Shown here piece by piece: positions 52,161 to 64,000 of a stretch of 64,000 nt of DNA. A model generated the notes under the pieces. It worked only from the letters and a program-made list of their open reading frames with translations, did not search any database and had not been told where the DNA came from. Position 1 is the first letter of the stretch. Each line of letters begins with the position of its first letter. Origin of the DNA: Camelus ferus (taxonomy: Eukaryota); assembly GCF_009834535.1 (NCBI RefSeq), contig NC_045697.1, positions 61,878,001 through 61,942,000 on the forward strand, in the 5' to 3' direction. The translations under genes were made by a program, and so were the position numbers.

Positions 52161-52530
52161 AATTTTCCATCATGAAGCCCAAGTGATCTTTCTAAAACAA
52201 CTCTGACCACATAATTTCCCAACTTAACACGCTCCAGTGACTCCTTATTGTACTTCCAAATAAAATTTCTGCTCCTTAGGAAATTCCTCAGACCCTCCAT
52301 GAGTATCTCTGCTTATTTTCTAGTGGCACAGACTATAATCCCCTTATTCTCAAGGGGTTTTCTCCCACCGGGGAGTTTGTAACTGGTTTTCCCTCTGAGT
52401 AAAGTACTTTTCAAAGGCAACCACTCCCTTTACCTGGTTCACTCCAATTTATTCTTCAGAATTCAAGTCAGACAGTGCCTCCTCTAAGGGTTAGAGCCCC
52501 TCCTATGTACTGTGCTACACAGGTCACTGT

Positions 52531-52620
52531 GTTAGTCTCTAGGTTACAACTAGTAGCTGTGATAGACACCAGGTTAAAACCAGGTGCTGGGCCAGATACC
52601 AGGTTACAACTGTAAATATG
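52531..52620. repeat. Degenerate 30-bp tandem repeat, three copies
   Basis: AGGTTA(C/A)AAC recurs at 52541, 52571 and 52601. Confidence 0.75.
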
Positions 52621-53074
52621 ACCTATCCATGTTGTGGTGTCACAATTAGTTCTAAAATCTAACTCCCAAATCTAGCTTAAAGCATTTTTCATATAGAATA
52701 TTATTATTGTTGTTGTTATTTTTATTATTACTCCTACCATAGTTATGCTTATTTTATCCAATGGCTTTAATCATCCAGAATGGCCTGAAAACTCAGAAGT
52801 AAGCAAACAAGGACTTGGAGTAGCCAAAGTGGTGTCACAAAGCTAATATACTTTATTTACAATCTGCCCCCCAGGTTCTCTCTCAGAACCTCATTACAGT
52901 ACAATGTACTCTTATTTAAAATACACTTCAAAGAACTTTCACTATTTGATTCCCCAGCCCACAGCTGATAGAATCCACCATTCAACAAGTATTTTATTAA
53001 GTGCTTACTACACACAAGACATTGTGCTAAATTGTGGGAACTAGAAGAAAGTCTTTTTAAAAAGTCACCACTCC

Positions 53075-53163
53075 AGGGGTAACTGGGCACCCTCTGTACT
53101 CTCTACTCAAGTTCCTGTGAACCTAAAACTGCTCTAACAAAGTTTATTAGTTAAAAAAATTTT
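53075..53163 (+). mobile_element. Very short L1MC-like 3' end with TSD
   Basis: 'ctctgtactctctactcaagttcctgtgaacctaaaactgctcta'; TSD aagtcaccactcc/aagtcctcactcc (53062-53074, 53164-53176) at a TT/AAAA site. Confidence 0.75.
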
Positions 53164-53730
53164 AAGTCCTCACTCCCGTCATTACCACCACCTGCTTTAT
53201 TAAAGAAGTACTGAAGTACCCCAAATACAATGACAAATAGAGGCAAATACACAATGAAAGCAAGAAATGAAAACTGACTTTTTCAACTAAAGGATACAGG
53301 GGGAAGAAAGGAAAATCAGGAATAACAACTTAATAAACATAGTAGTTTAGAGTTACTTATTGAAGAGATGAAAAACCCTACATACCTAAACCTTTCATAT
53401 AGGACAATGGGAAGATAAGAGCTGAGAGCTGAACTTTCATCTTGGTCTCTATTTGCCCAGCTGTGCAGTCTTCAGAAAGTCATGCCAGCTCTCTGGGCCT
53501 CATTCTCTTCCTGTCTACTAGGATGGAGTTGAATCAGATGGTCTTCATCAAGGCCCACCACACTCTAAAATCCTATGATTCTATGTTCAAACTTCTGACC
53601 TTAAGCCATCAAAATAAAGGTAAAATATATTCAGTATACTCTGATATAAAATGAAGGCAGGGATAGGTATCATATATTTTAGAAGAGTTTATAGAAATGG
53701 TAAATTTTTAAGTTTGCAAGGTAGCAAGAT

Positions 53731-53805
53731 AAGTTTCAGTTATCTGGAAAATCCACTTATGTGGAACACTGCTATCCCCCCATATTGCTAGATAAGTGAG
53801 AATTT
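53731..53805. mobile_element. Possible Tigger-like miniature inverted-repeat element
   Basis: Imperfect terminal inverted repeats aagtttcagttatctgg / ctagataagtgagaattt. Confidence 0.4.
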
Positions 53806-55140
53806 CAGCGTTATTTAAACAGCCCAGCATGGGCTGACTATGTTAGTATTAGGCCAAAGAAACAGAGAAACCTACGGGGGATTCCCCTTTCTCTACAGTT
53901 TCTATAAAATTAACTAGCCAAAAAAGGTAAATCTGTCATTCCTGAAGAACATCCCATTAAGAAAACAAGTGTTGCAAGGATGTAGTGGTCAGCTTTTAAA
54001 GAAGATGGACAGGCACCAATCTTCTCTACCTAACCACATCCCACCACACCCCATACCACCTAAGCAAAGTACAGACGCATGCTGATGAACAGTGGGACTG
54101 CTCTATCTTGTACCAAAAAGTTATCAGTAGCCAGTAAAGGGTATCCAGATGGGCACCTGTCCAAATGGCTGTAGTTTTAAGTTTTAAAACTTAAATACAT
54201 GTTTCGCTTTATACGGCTACATCACACATGGGACCCATTTCATTCCCCAAAGATGACCAATAAATGAGTTATCAATTGTACTGTTTCTGGATATAGGGAG
54301 ACTGCCAAGCCCAAAGATGCTGCTCATATCCATGCCCAGCTGAGGCCAAGAAAAGATGACTCTGCAAAATGTTCATGCATTCTCTTATTCATGCATGTGA
54401 CATTTTCAGGCCCCACTATGTGTCAGGCATTGTATTAAATCCAGGAATTTAATAGTGGAGGAAAAAACTAGACATGATTTTTGACTTCATGTAATTTACT
54501 TTTTGTAAAATTACAAAAGTTTTATGAGCTACTGAGGATTAGTAATATTTAAGAAAAATTGGTGGCTGGGAAGGAGTGGATATAAAAGAGGAATTGACAA
54601 AGTTATGGGAACAAGGGGAAGCAGGGAAGCCTTTCTCTTCAAGAGATAGCATTTGAACTAAGAACTCAAAGTTGAGCTGGCATTAACTTCCAGCCTTTTA
54701 TGTAAGTCAGCCAATCAATTATTTGTCATCATGCATCAATGTTTGTCAGCCTACTATGCACAAACTCACACACCTAGGGACACTGGGAAAATACAGTCAC
54801 CAGATTACTTGGCACAGTTTCCATCTTGTCAATTTCACTCACAATCTATTAGGGGAAATATTCTTATTATATTAAAACCAACACAAATTAATTATGACAG
54901 AAAAAACAGTATGTGAGGGGGGTTTTTAAAGAAAATACAAAACTTCTAGATAGTTCTAGTCTTCTGTAGGATTGTTTTGGGCCATGCCTAACCCCTCAAT
55001 TCACTTCCATCTGTCATTAGGGCGACTTCAATAGAAAAGTATGAGGCGTTACTGATGCATCATTAATAGAAAAGCCTCGGATCTAATTCAAGATTATTAT
55101 ATCACTGAACTTAAAGTGACAATGGATAAGTGTTCATACT

Positions 55141-55329
55141 TAGTAGTAGCAATAGTAGTAGGATTAGTAGTAGTAGTAGGAGTAGGGGTAGGAGTCGTAG
55201 TAGTCATAGTCTCAATAATGAAGCTATTTCAGTAGTAGTAGCAGTTATTGTTATTGCAGTTATTATAGTTAATGGCAGTAAGTAGTACTGGTGGTTGTCA
55301 TCATAGTCATAGAAGTAGTAGTAGTAGTT
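55141..55329. repeat. Degenerate (TAG)n simple repeat
   Basis: Directly visible. Confidence 0.85.
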
Positions 55330-55828
55330 AAGAGCTATGTTGGATTTGAACACTATCATTTACCAGCTGAATGAGATTGGAAAAACTATGTAAATTTCCT
55401 ATATTAGAATGGAGTTAATAAAAACATCTACCTCCTAAGATTGCTGAAAGAAATAAGTGAAATATGTATAAAGAAAAGTGTTGGCACAAAACAAGCACTC
55501 CAGATGTATAGGCTATTTTTAAAGTATTATCTTTATTATTAGTGTTATTGGTATTATAACATATCTTGACATCCTGAAAGGAAGCTGGAGTAAAGGAAAA
55601 GCAAGTCAAAATTAGTTTGGGGTTGAGGAGCAGTGAAGTAATAAAATAACCTGACTTCAACCTGAATTAAACCTACAATCATCAAACGATTTCACTAGGG
55701 AAGAAATGCCCTCCCTTCAGAGTTGTCATCATAATTTCTTTGTAAAGTACTTTATAATCTCCCTTTATGCACTAACTCAAGTTAAACTAAATCCATGTTG
55801 CATTTCTCAAGATAAAGAATTTTATCAA

Positions 55829-58800
55829 GCACCAAAATACATTAAGTAAATAATGATAGACCTTAAGAGAGAAATAGACAACAATACAATAATTGTAGGA
55901 AGCTTCAATATTCTACTTTCAACAGTGAAGAAATCATTTAGACAGAAAATCAACAAGGAAACCTTGGAATTGAACAAATAAACATATAAACATATACAAA
56001 ATATTCCATCCAGTAGAAGTAGAATACACATTCTTCTCAAATGCACATGGAACATTCTCCAGGACAGATCATATGATAGGCCACAAAACAAATCTTAGCA
56101 AATTTAGGAAGATTAAGATCATACTATCTTCTCTGTCCAGAATGGTATGAAACTGGATATCAACAAGAGGAAAATGAGAAGATCTATAAATATATGGATA
56201 TTAAGCAACACACTTTCAAAAAATAAAATAAAAAAACAAACTTTCAATCATTGGGTCAAAGAAGAAATCAAAAAGGAAGTAAAAATTATCTCAAAACAAA
56301 TGAAAATGGAAATAAAACATCAAATTTTGTGGGATGTAGCAAAAACAGTTCTGAGAGGAAATTTTATATCAATAAACACATATATTAAGAAATTTAAAAG
56401 ATGTCAAACAACTTAACTTTACATCTTAAGGAACTGGAAAAATATGAACAAATTAAGCCCAAAGTTAGCATAAGGAAGGGAATAATAAAGATCAGTGTGG
56501 AAATGAATGAAACAGAGACCAGAAAAACAGCAGAATAGATCAAAAAAACTAAGAGCTGATTCTTTGAAAAGATTTGCAAAACTGACAAACATTTAGCTAG
56601 ACTAAGAAAAAAGAAAGAAGATGAAAAATAAAAATGAAAATAAAAGAGGAGACACCACAACTAATACTACAGAAATATATAGAATCATAAGAGACTACTA
56701 TGAACAATTATATGCCAACAAATTAAACAACTTGGAAGAAATGGATACATCTAGAAACACACAATGTACCAAGACTAAATCAGGAAGAACTAGAAAATTT
56801 AAACAGACAATAACTAATAAAGAGATTGAATCAATAACCAAAATAACCCCAACACAGGAAACTCCATGATGGCTTCACTGGAGAATTCTACAAAACATTT
56901 AAAGATGAATTAATAAACAACACACTTTCAAAAGACAAACACACACACACATACTTTCAAACAATCATTGGGTCAAAGAAGAAATCAAAAGGGAAGTAAA
57001 AATTACCTCAAAACAAATGAAAATGGAAATAAAACATATCAAATTTTCCTCTTCAAACCCTCCCAAAATATTGAGGAGGAAACACTTCCAAACTCATTCT
57101 ATGAAGCTAGCATACTTTGATACCAAAATTAGATAAGGATACCACAAGGGGAAAAAAAACAGCTATAGACCAATATCCCTGATGAATATAGATGCAAAAA
57201 TTCTCAACAAAACATTAGCAAACCAAAGTCAAGAACACATTAAAAGGATTTACACCATGACCAACTGGGAATTATCCTTGAGATGAAAGGATGGTTCAAC
57301 ATATGCAAATCAACACATGTAATACATCACATCAATAAAATAAAAAATAAAAACCACATGATCACCTCAATAGACACAGAAAAAGTATTTGACAAAAATA
57401 CTTTATTTCAAGATAAAAACTCTTAATACATTGATTATAGAAGGAATATACCTCAACATAATAAAGACCATATGTCAACAAACCCACAGCTAACATTATA
57501 TTCAATGGGGAAAAATAGAAAACATTTCCTCTAAGATCAGAAACAAGACAAGAATGCCATTCTCACCACTTCTATTCAATATAGTGCTGTAAGTCCTTAG
57601 AGCAATAAAGCAAGACAAAGAAATAAAAGGCATCAAAATCCAAAAGAAGAAAGTAAAACTGTCATTTGGTGATGACAGAATCTTATATGTAGAAAATTCC
57701 AAGGAGTTGTTCAAAAAACTGTTGGAATTAATCCATGATCTCAGTGAAGTGATAGGATACAAAATCAACATACAGAAATCAATTGCATTTCTTTACAGTA
57801 ATGATGAAGCATCTGAGAAAGAAATAAAGAAAATGATCCCATTCACAATAGCATCAAGAATAACAACATATTTAGCAACAGATTTAACCAAGGAAGTAAA
57901 ATATCTGTACAACGGCAATATCTGAAAACGGCAAGACACTGCTGGAAGGAACTGAAGAAGACACAAACAAATGGAAAGACATCCTGTGTTCACAGACTGG
58001 AAGAATTAATATTGTTAAAATGACCATACCACCCAAAGCCATTTAGAGATTCAACATAATCTGCATCAAAATACAAAGATATTCTTCACAGAAATAGAAG
58101 AAACAATCCTAAAGTTTGTCTGAAACCACAAAAAAAACCAAATAGCCAAAACAATCCTGAGAGAAAAAAACAAAGCTGGAGATATCACTGCTTCTGGATT
58201 TCAAATTATACTATAAAGCCATAGTAATAAAAACAGTATGGTACTGGCACAAAAATAGACACATCAACTGTTGAAACAGAATAGGAAGCCGAGAATTAAA
58301 TCCTGGCATATACAGTCAACTAATATTCAACAAGGGAGTCAAGAATACCCAATGGGGAAAAGACAGTGTCTTCAACAAATGGTGCCAGGGAAATTGGAGA
58401 AATGTACGCAGAACAGTGAAATTGGACCCTTATTTCACACCATTCACAAAAATGAACTCAAAATGGATCAAACATGTAAATGTAAGACCTAATCCCATAA
58501 AACTCCAAGAAGAAACATAGGGAAGAAGCTCATCCATATTGGTCTTGGTGATTATTATTTTTTTTAACATGATGCCAAAAGCACAAACAACAAAAGCAAA
58601 AATCAACAAATGGGATTACATCAAACTCATCCTTTACACAGCAAAAGAAACAATTAACAAAATGGAAAGATAACCTACATAATAGGAGACAGTTTTTACA
58701 AACTATATATCAGATAAATGGTTAATATCCAAAATACATAAAGAACTCAGTCAATTTAATAACAAATAATAATAATTTGATTAAAAATAGACATTTTTCA

Positions 58801-59693
58801 AAAGAGGGCATCAAAATGGCCAACAGACACGTGAAAAGATACTAAACATCACTAATCACCAGGGAAATGCGAATCAAAACCACAATGAGATATCACATAG
58901 TACCTGTTAAAATGGCTATTATCAAGAAGATAAAAGACAGGTGCTGGTGAGGATGTGGTAAAAAGGGAAAAATCCCTTATACATTGTTGATAGGAATGTA
59001 AATTGGTCCAACCACTATGGAAAATAATATGGAAGTTCCTCAAAAAATTAAAAATAGATCTAACACACAGTCCAGCAATTCCACTTCTGGGAACATACCC
59101 AAAGAAATGAAAACAGGATTTCAGTGAGGTATATGCACTCCTGTGTTTATCACAGCATTATTCACAATAGCCAAGATACGGAAACAACCCAAAAGCCCAT
59201 CAAAGGATAACGGGATATAAAAAGATGTGGTACAAATACACAATGGAATATTGTTCAGCCATGAGAAAGAGGGATATCTTCCCATTTGCAACAGACCTAG
59301 GGCAACTATGTTAATCAAGATAAAAACAGAGAAAGACAAGTATTATATGATATCCCTTATATCTAGAATCTAAAATAGTTAAACCTATAAAAAACAGAGT
59401 GTAAAAAGATGGTTACCAGGGGATGGCTGACAAGTGGTAAGTACAAGGGGTAAGGCTGATGATGTTTAAGGATACAAACTTACAACAAGTAGTAAATAAG
59501 ACACAGAGATTTAAGGCACAGTATAATGAATATAAACAATAATACTGTATTATAATTATGTAATGTGATATATATCACTATATCAGCAATTAAGTTACAA
59601 TATATAGATGTATCAAAGTACACACTGTACACCTTAATCTTACACAATATTATATGTCAAATTTATTGTTTTTTTTTTAAGGGGGGGAAAGAA
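55829..59693 (+). mobile_element. 5'-truncated L1 (~3.9 kb; ORF2 endonuclease tail, RT region, C-terminus, 3' UTR), inactivated
   Basis: ORF2-like fragments 'WVKEEIKKE...LWDVAKTVLRGNFI', 'IIRDYYEQLYANKLNNLEEMD' and 'GYKINIQKSIAFLY', with many frameshifts and stops. Possible decayed TSD at 55815-55828 / 59694-59707. Confidence 0.96.
56916..57047 (+). repeat. ~130-bp internal duplication of L1 segment 56206-56328
   Basis: Both copies read caacacactttcaaa...caatcattgggtcaaagaagaaatcaaaa.ggaagtaaaaatta.ctcaaaacaaatgaaaatggaaataaaacat..caaatttt. Confidence 0.92.
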
Positions 59694-60714
59694 AATAATT
59701 ACATCAAATCAGGGAATGGGGTACATGGTATCTTCAAGGAGGTAGGCCTAGCATGACTTTCTAGTTTATAGTTGCCTACTTCTGACTTCTTTCACCTCTC
59801 TGGAGTAGACGCCTTGGTTTTCCACAAGCCATTCTTTTACAGAAAAACAAATCATCCTTAGCCATTTAAATTCTCATTGCAAAAACCAAAATACAAATGT
59901 AAGCCTCAGAGCCGCTATCCCTCATGGTTTCCTATATCCTTACTGTCTAAGAGCCTTTCCTCTTCAAAGACTAGTTAGAACCTCATGTTCTGAAGATTCA
60001 GGTAGCTGGGCACTTAATCTTCTTAGCCAGGAGCACAACAGCTTGTTTACAGACCTGGTAAGAAGTAATAAAAACATTTTGCCCTAAAGACAAACTTAGC
60101 ATTTATTCTGACTGCATGCAAATAATTTAATCCTTTCTTTTATTTTTCTTAGCTGCTGAAAGGCGGGCACATTCTTTTTAGAGATTAGCCAGAATGTGAT
60201 GACTTAATTCACATTTACTACTTACATGCCTGGTTTAACATTCTTGTGAATGTGCTTTTGAACATTCTTCCTAAAAGCACTGCTGTCATTTTTGCTGAGA
60301 AAGTGGGTGCAAGTCCATTTGCTATGGCAGAGGCCTTAGTACTAAAAATTTGCGGGTAAATGGCTGGGTTTCCCAGTCCAAACGTCAGTCAAGGAGGCAG
60401 TAACAGAGGGCATTACCAGCACTAGCTCTAATGAGCACAATGAATCACAGTCCAGTGGCTTTTCGGTATTTTCTTGATGGATGGTGATAAACTTTAGCAG
60501 AGAGTAGGGGAGCAGAAGAGGTTCAGTGTTCAGCTACACTAGGGTCACTGTAAGTTTGTGTGGGGAAGTTAGTTCTTCTGCTCTTTCTACTTATTAAGGC
60601 CTGCCATGAAAACTAAATTCAGAATAGTTGGCATTCCTTTCTTCACCTTTCTTTAATTTTTTAACTCATTTATTGAGCACTTACTAGGTGCCAAGCACTT
60701 TGCATGCATTAATA

Positions 60715-60898
60715 ATGTCCAACATTTACTAAGTGCTACTATGTGCCAGGCACTATTCTAAATGTTTTGAATAGATCAACCCATTTCACACTCATAGCAG
60801 CCCAGTGCAACAGGAATTGTTATCATACCCATTTACAGATGGAACTTGGGCCCACAGGGGTTAAGTGAGTTGTACATGATCACAGAGCTAGCAAGTGC
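60715..60898 (-). mobile_element. MIR SINE
   Basis: 'ctactatgtgccaggcactattctaa...cccatttacagatggaacttgggcccacaggggttaagtga'. Confidence 0.8.
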
Positions 60899-61209
60899 AA
60901 TCTGCACAATTGGGGGAAATGCTATCTAAGAGTGTCTGTGGGACTTATCTGAACATTGGTTGTGGACTGAGGGGGCAAGCAAGACCTTTTAGAACATTAT
61001 TATCTCCTTAAATTTTCCAAAGCCTCTCAATGACCAGAAGTATATGCTTTATAAGCATCATTCAAAAGTTAATAGTAGAATACAAGCTACCATTACTCTG
61101 GGGGAAGCAGAGGGGCTATTTTGGGATAAATAAGTCTATCAGTGACCCTGCCCTGAAATTTTATCTTACAGGTGGTCACAAATATACAGATACAGTCCTT
61201 TAGTTTTCA

Positions 61210-61425
61210 GAGGATCTGAGTTTGGATTCAGAGGACCTAAATTCTATATCCAATTATGTACCTTGACAAGTCACTTACACCCTCTAAGTCTCCATTTTCT
61301 CACCCAAGTAATGGTGTTATCATACTAACAACAGTCATACCTACCTAAGGAATTGCTGTCAATCTCAGAGACTCTGCAAGAAAATGTTTCATAAACTGAA
61401 GAGTGTTATGCAAATGTGCTATAAT
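61210..61425 (+). mobile_element. MIR SINE
   Basis: 'ccttgacaagtcacttacaccctctaagtctccattttctcac'. Confidence 0.7.
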
Positions 61426-62514
61426 TGTATTGTATTGAAATGTGCTTATTCTGTAGGAATATTCTGCAGACAATACAGGATTTATTGCTGTCACTTACTA
61501 AGAGAAGGGAGCTTTAGTTACTTTTGCATGTTGCCCTGTTACACACTTAACACACTGTACCTTCTCAGTCCTTGACCAGAAAGCTCTAGTAATTTTTATT
61601 TCTGATATTCCAAAGGAATCTCAAGTCTGTCTACAGGCTTTGGATAGCTCTGTACAGTCAAAATGGTTTGAAAGGTCCTACCTATCAGAGAAGTAAACAA
61701 GCTTCCAGTGATTGAGGTGACTAAACTAAATAAACCCAGGAAGAAAGAAGAAACACTGTTCCTCTAATCTTTACATGGTTCAAAAATACGTAACAAAGCA
61801 AGTCACAGATATTCAGAAAATAAAATTTGATTCAAAATGTGAAATACTATAGATGGTTTTGTAAAGTAAAAGTTCACCCAAAAGGGATTTTACAGAAAGC
61901 AAAGCAAATCTGAAGTTGCCCTTGGGATCACTAGAAAGCAGAATAATTCTAGAGGCCCAACCATGTTTTTTCCACAGATCAAAATTACTATACATTTATG
62001 GACCTAATGCACCAATGTCAAAAGCAAAAATCCTTGAAGGTTCATGAAAAATGATAGAAAACAAGATTGAGCTACTAGCTCAACTTTCAGATGATGGTTT
62101 TAAAGCATATTCTCTCTGTCCTGGTAAGACTTTGGAGAATTTAAGGAGACAGTAATGGCCCAGAAGGTCTTGCTTATCTGTCCTCCCATAGGTCACCTTC
62201 AAAGATGAACTATATTCTAGTCTGTCTCAGAAGCCACTTATGAATCTGACTTTCATTAATTTGGCCAACATATTTCAATTCATTTATAATTCCCAACATG
62301 ATCACTCCTTCGCGAAATGAGCACTATAAATATAGAAATTTCTAGAACAACAGTAACAACCAACATAATCTATTCCACTGCTTTCACTTGATTTTTCAGA
62401 ATTATTTTGGACATAATTATTTAACCCTTGTTTCACACTTAACTCTTTTGTGTTGTTTTGTTGTAGTTATTATTATTCACTTCTATTGTCTGTGCAACAT
62501 TACTGTAAAAATGC

Positions 62515-62630
62515 ACAAAAATGATTTTAACATCCACATGTTGGGACAAATAGACAAGAATAGCCAAGAAAAAAACTGAAAAAGAAGACTGGTAGGGGCT
62601 AACACTACTACATACTATAGAAAGCCAGAA
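62515..62630 (+). mobile_element. Old L1 ORF2 fragment
   Basis: 'aagaatagccaagaaaaaaactgaaaaagaag...catactatagaaagc'. Confidence 0.5.
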
Positions 62631-64000
62631 GGCACAGAAATTTGAAAATCTCCCTGTAAACTCACTTAACCCTCTCCTGTTCTCACAGAAAATGAACAAC
62701 AAACATCTTGTTAAGAACTCTCGGGCAATTTATTTTGCTTAGGAAGATAATTTGCTTTACATTAAAAGTTACTGCTGTCTTTCGCAATTATAGAGGGAAA
62801 GCAAGCAAGAGAGAAGACATAAAAGTCTCTTCTTTTAAGTTGGTTCTGCAAAGAAGCTATTTTATTATTTGATATGAAATGTATGATTCACACTAACAGC
62901 ACAAATATCTGAATATATGTTGCAAGAAACCTTAAGTCAAATTATCATCCCTGTCAAATATTCTTCTCACTGAATCTCCTCCCGCAGCATCGGGGCATCT
63001 GGATATTTTAACACAAGAAGATTCACTCTTGGAATAGTCACTGCCCTTCTTTCCAGGGCCACGTAATATTGCACATGGTAAATTTGTACTCCCTAAGCAA
63101 GTGAGGCCCTGTGACTCTCTTTGGACCTTGAGTTATAGTGGAAGTTACATATGTCAATTCTAAGCCGAATATTTAATTGCCAGTGTAATGAGAAATGCTT
63201 GAGTACCCTTTTCTCTCAGCACAGTAAACAGCTGAAATGGCAGAAGCTCTGTTATCCTGGATCACTGCATGACTCTCCCAATCAACAGTGATGCTTACCA
63301 TATTTTCTCTTGAACCCTAGTTTTTTATCTCCCCTACAAGACTGCAAGTTCTCTGAGGATAAGGACCAGATCTAATTCACTTTTACATTCTTCATAAGGT
63401 ATAGCTCCGATAGACAGCAGAAGCTCAACACTATTTGCTGAATAAATATACTTAAAACAGATTCCAATCCTAGGAAGTAATCAGATATATTTTCATATTC
63501 TACAATATACTTGTCTGCTTTTATTAAACTATTATCTCTGTGTAAGATAATTATTGAACTTGGCATTCAGCACAAACCAAGTATTTTCATCTAGGGCAGA
63601 AAATATGTGGGTTTTCCAATTATAACAAGGACAAAGCTAAAAAAGACAAATCTTTGTCATGTAGGTAAGGGGATTTCACATGTTAGAGAAGACACACTGA
63701 CCGCCTATGATGCAAATTATATTCCCATATTAGTGAAAAGCCTAAAATCTATCCAGCTTCTTGTGATTATGGTAATGTGTATTTATTCTAAAACAGAGTA
63801 AGCTGGTTGGCCAACATGTCCTGGGGCACACACAGCAGCTCACTGGGTCTGGGTCTCCACCCGCAGCCAAGACGGAGGGGACCCTGGGCTGGAGGGGCAG
63901 ATCCCACAGAAATGAGCACAGTGAGTGAGAGGAGGAGATGCAGGAGAGCCCCGCAGGGTCTCATACTTTGGTTCCGGTTTCATATTGGTGGGAGCAGCTG

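Noticed and set aside
52531..52620. CRISPR-like repeat-spacer pattern
   Set aside because: Mammalian DNA, only a 10-bp core, related spacers and no cas genes; kept as a tandem repeat.
56147..58492. ORF2-like peptides as a functional retrotransposase
   Set aside because: Broken by frameshifts, stops, deletions and a duplication; 5' truncated.
63800..64000. GC-richer stretch at the window edge as a possible exon or promoter
   Set aside because: Truncated by the window end; no recognisable reading frame or motif set.
1..64000. Identification of a host gene
   Set aside because: No exon recognised; naming a gene would need alignment to an annotated genome.

Overview
Mammalian non-coding DNA, probably deep intronic or intergenic. 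It is AT-rich, CpG-depleted and dense in old MIR, L2, MaLR/ERVL and DNA-transposon relics. A tRNA-derived SINE resembling the camelid vic-1 family and camelid-type L1 3' ends suggest a camel, llama or alpaca genome (inference). I found no protein-coding exon I can support and could not identify a host gene; the ORF-track hits are chance ORFs or L1/L2 remnants. The best-supported oddities are products of retrotransposition or repair. (1) A full-length U6 snRNA retrocopy fused to a 74-nt non-L1 polyadenylated 3' end, possibly an ERV LTR R region, inside one target-site duplication (TSD). (2) Two L1 copies that each carry a 130-150 bp templated insertion copied from nearby DNA. (3) A 5'-inverted old L1 and a solo poly(A) insertion with TSD. 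(4) A (GATC)7 palindromic microsatellite and a (CTG)16 tract. Candidate regulatory or small-ORF elements are also listed (CTCF motif, tandem octamers, a Kozak-led 25-aa hydrophobic ORF next to splice donors). Repeat family names are recognised by eye, and boundaries of old repeats are approximate.
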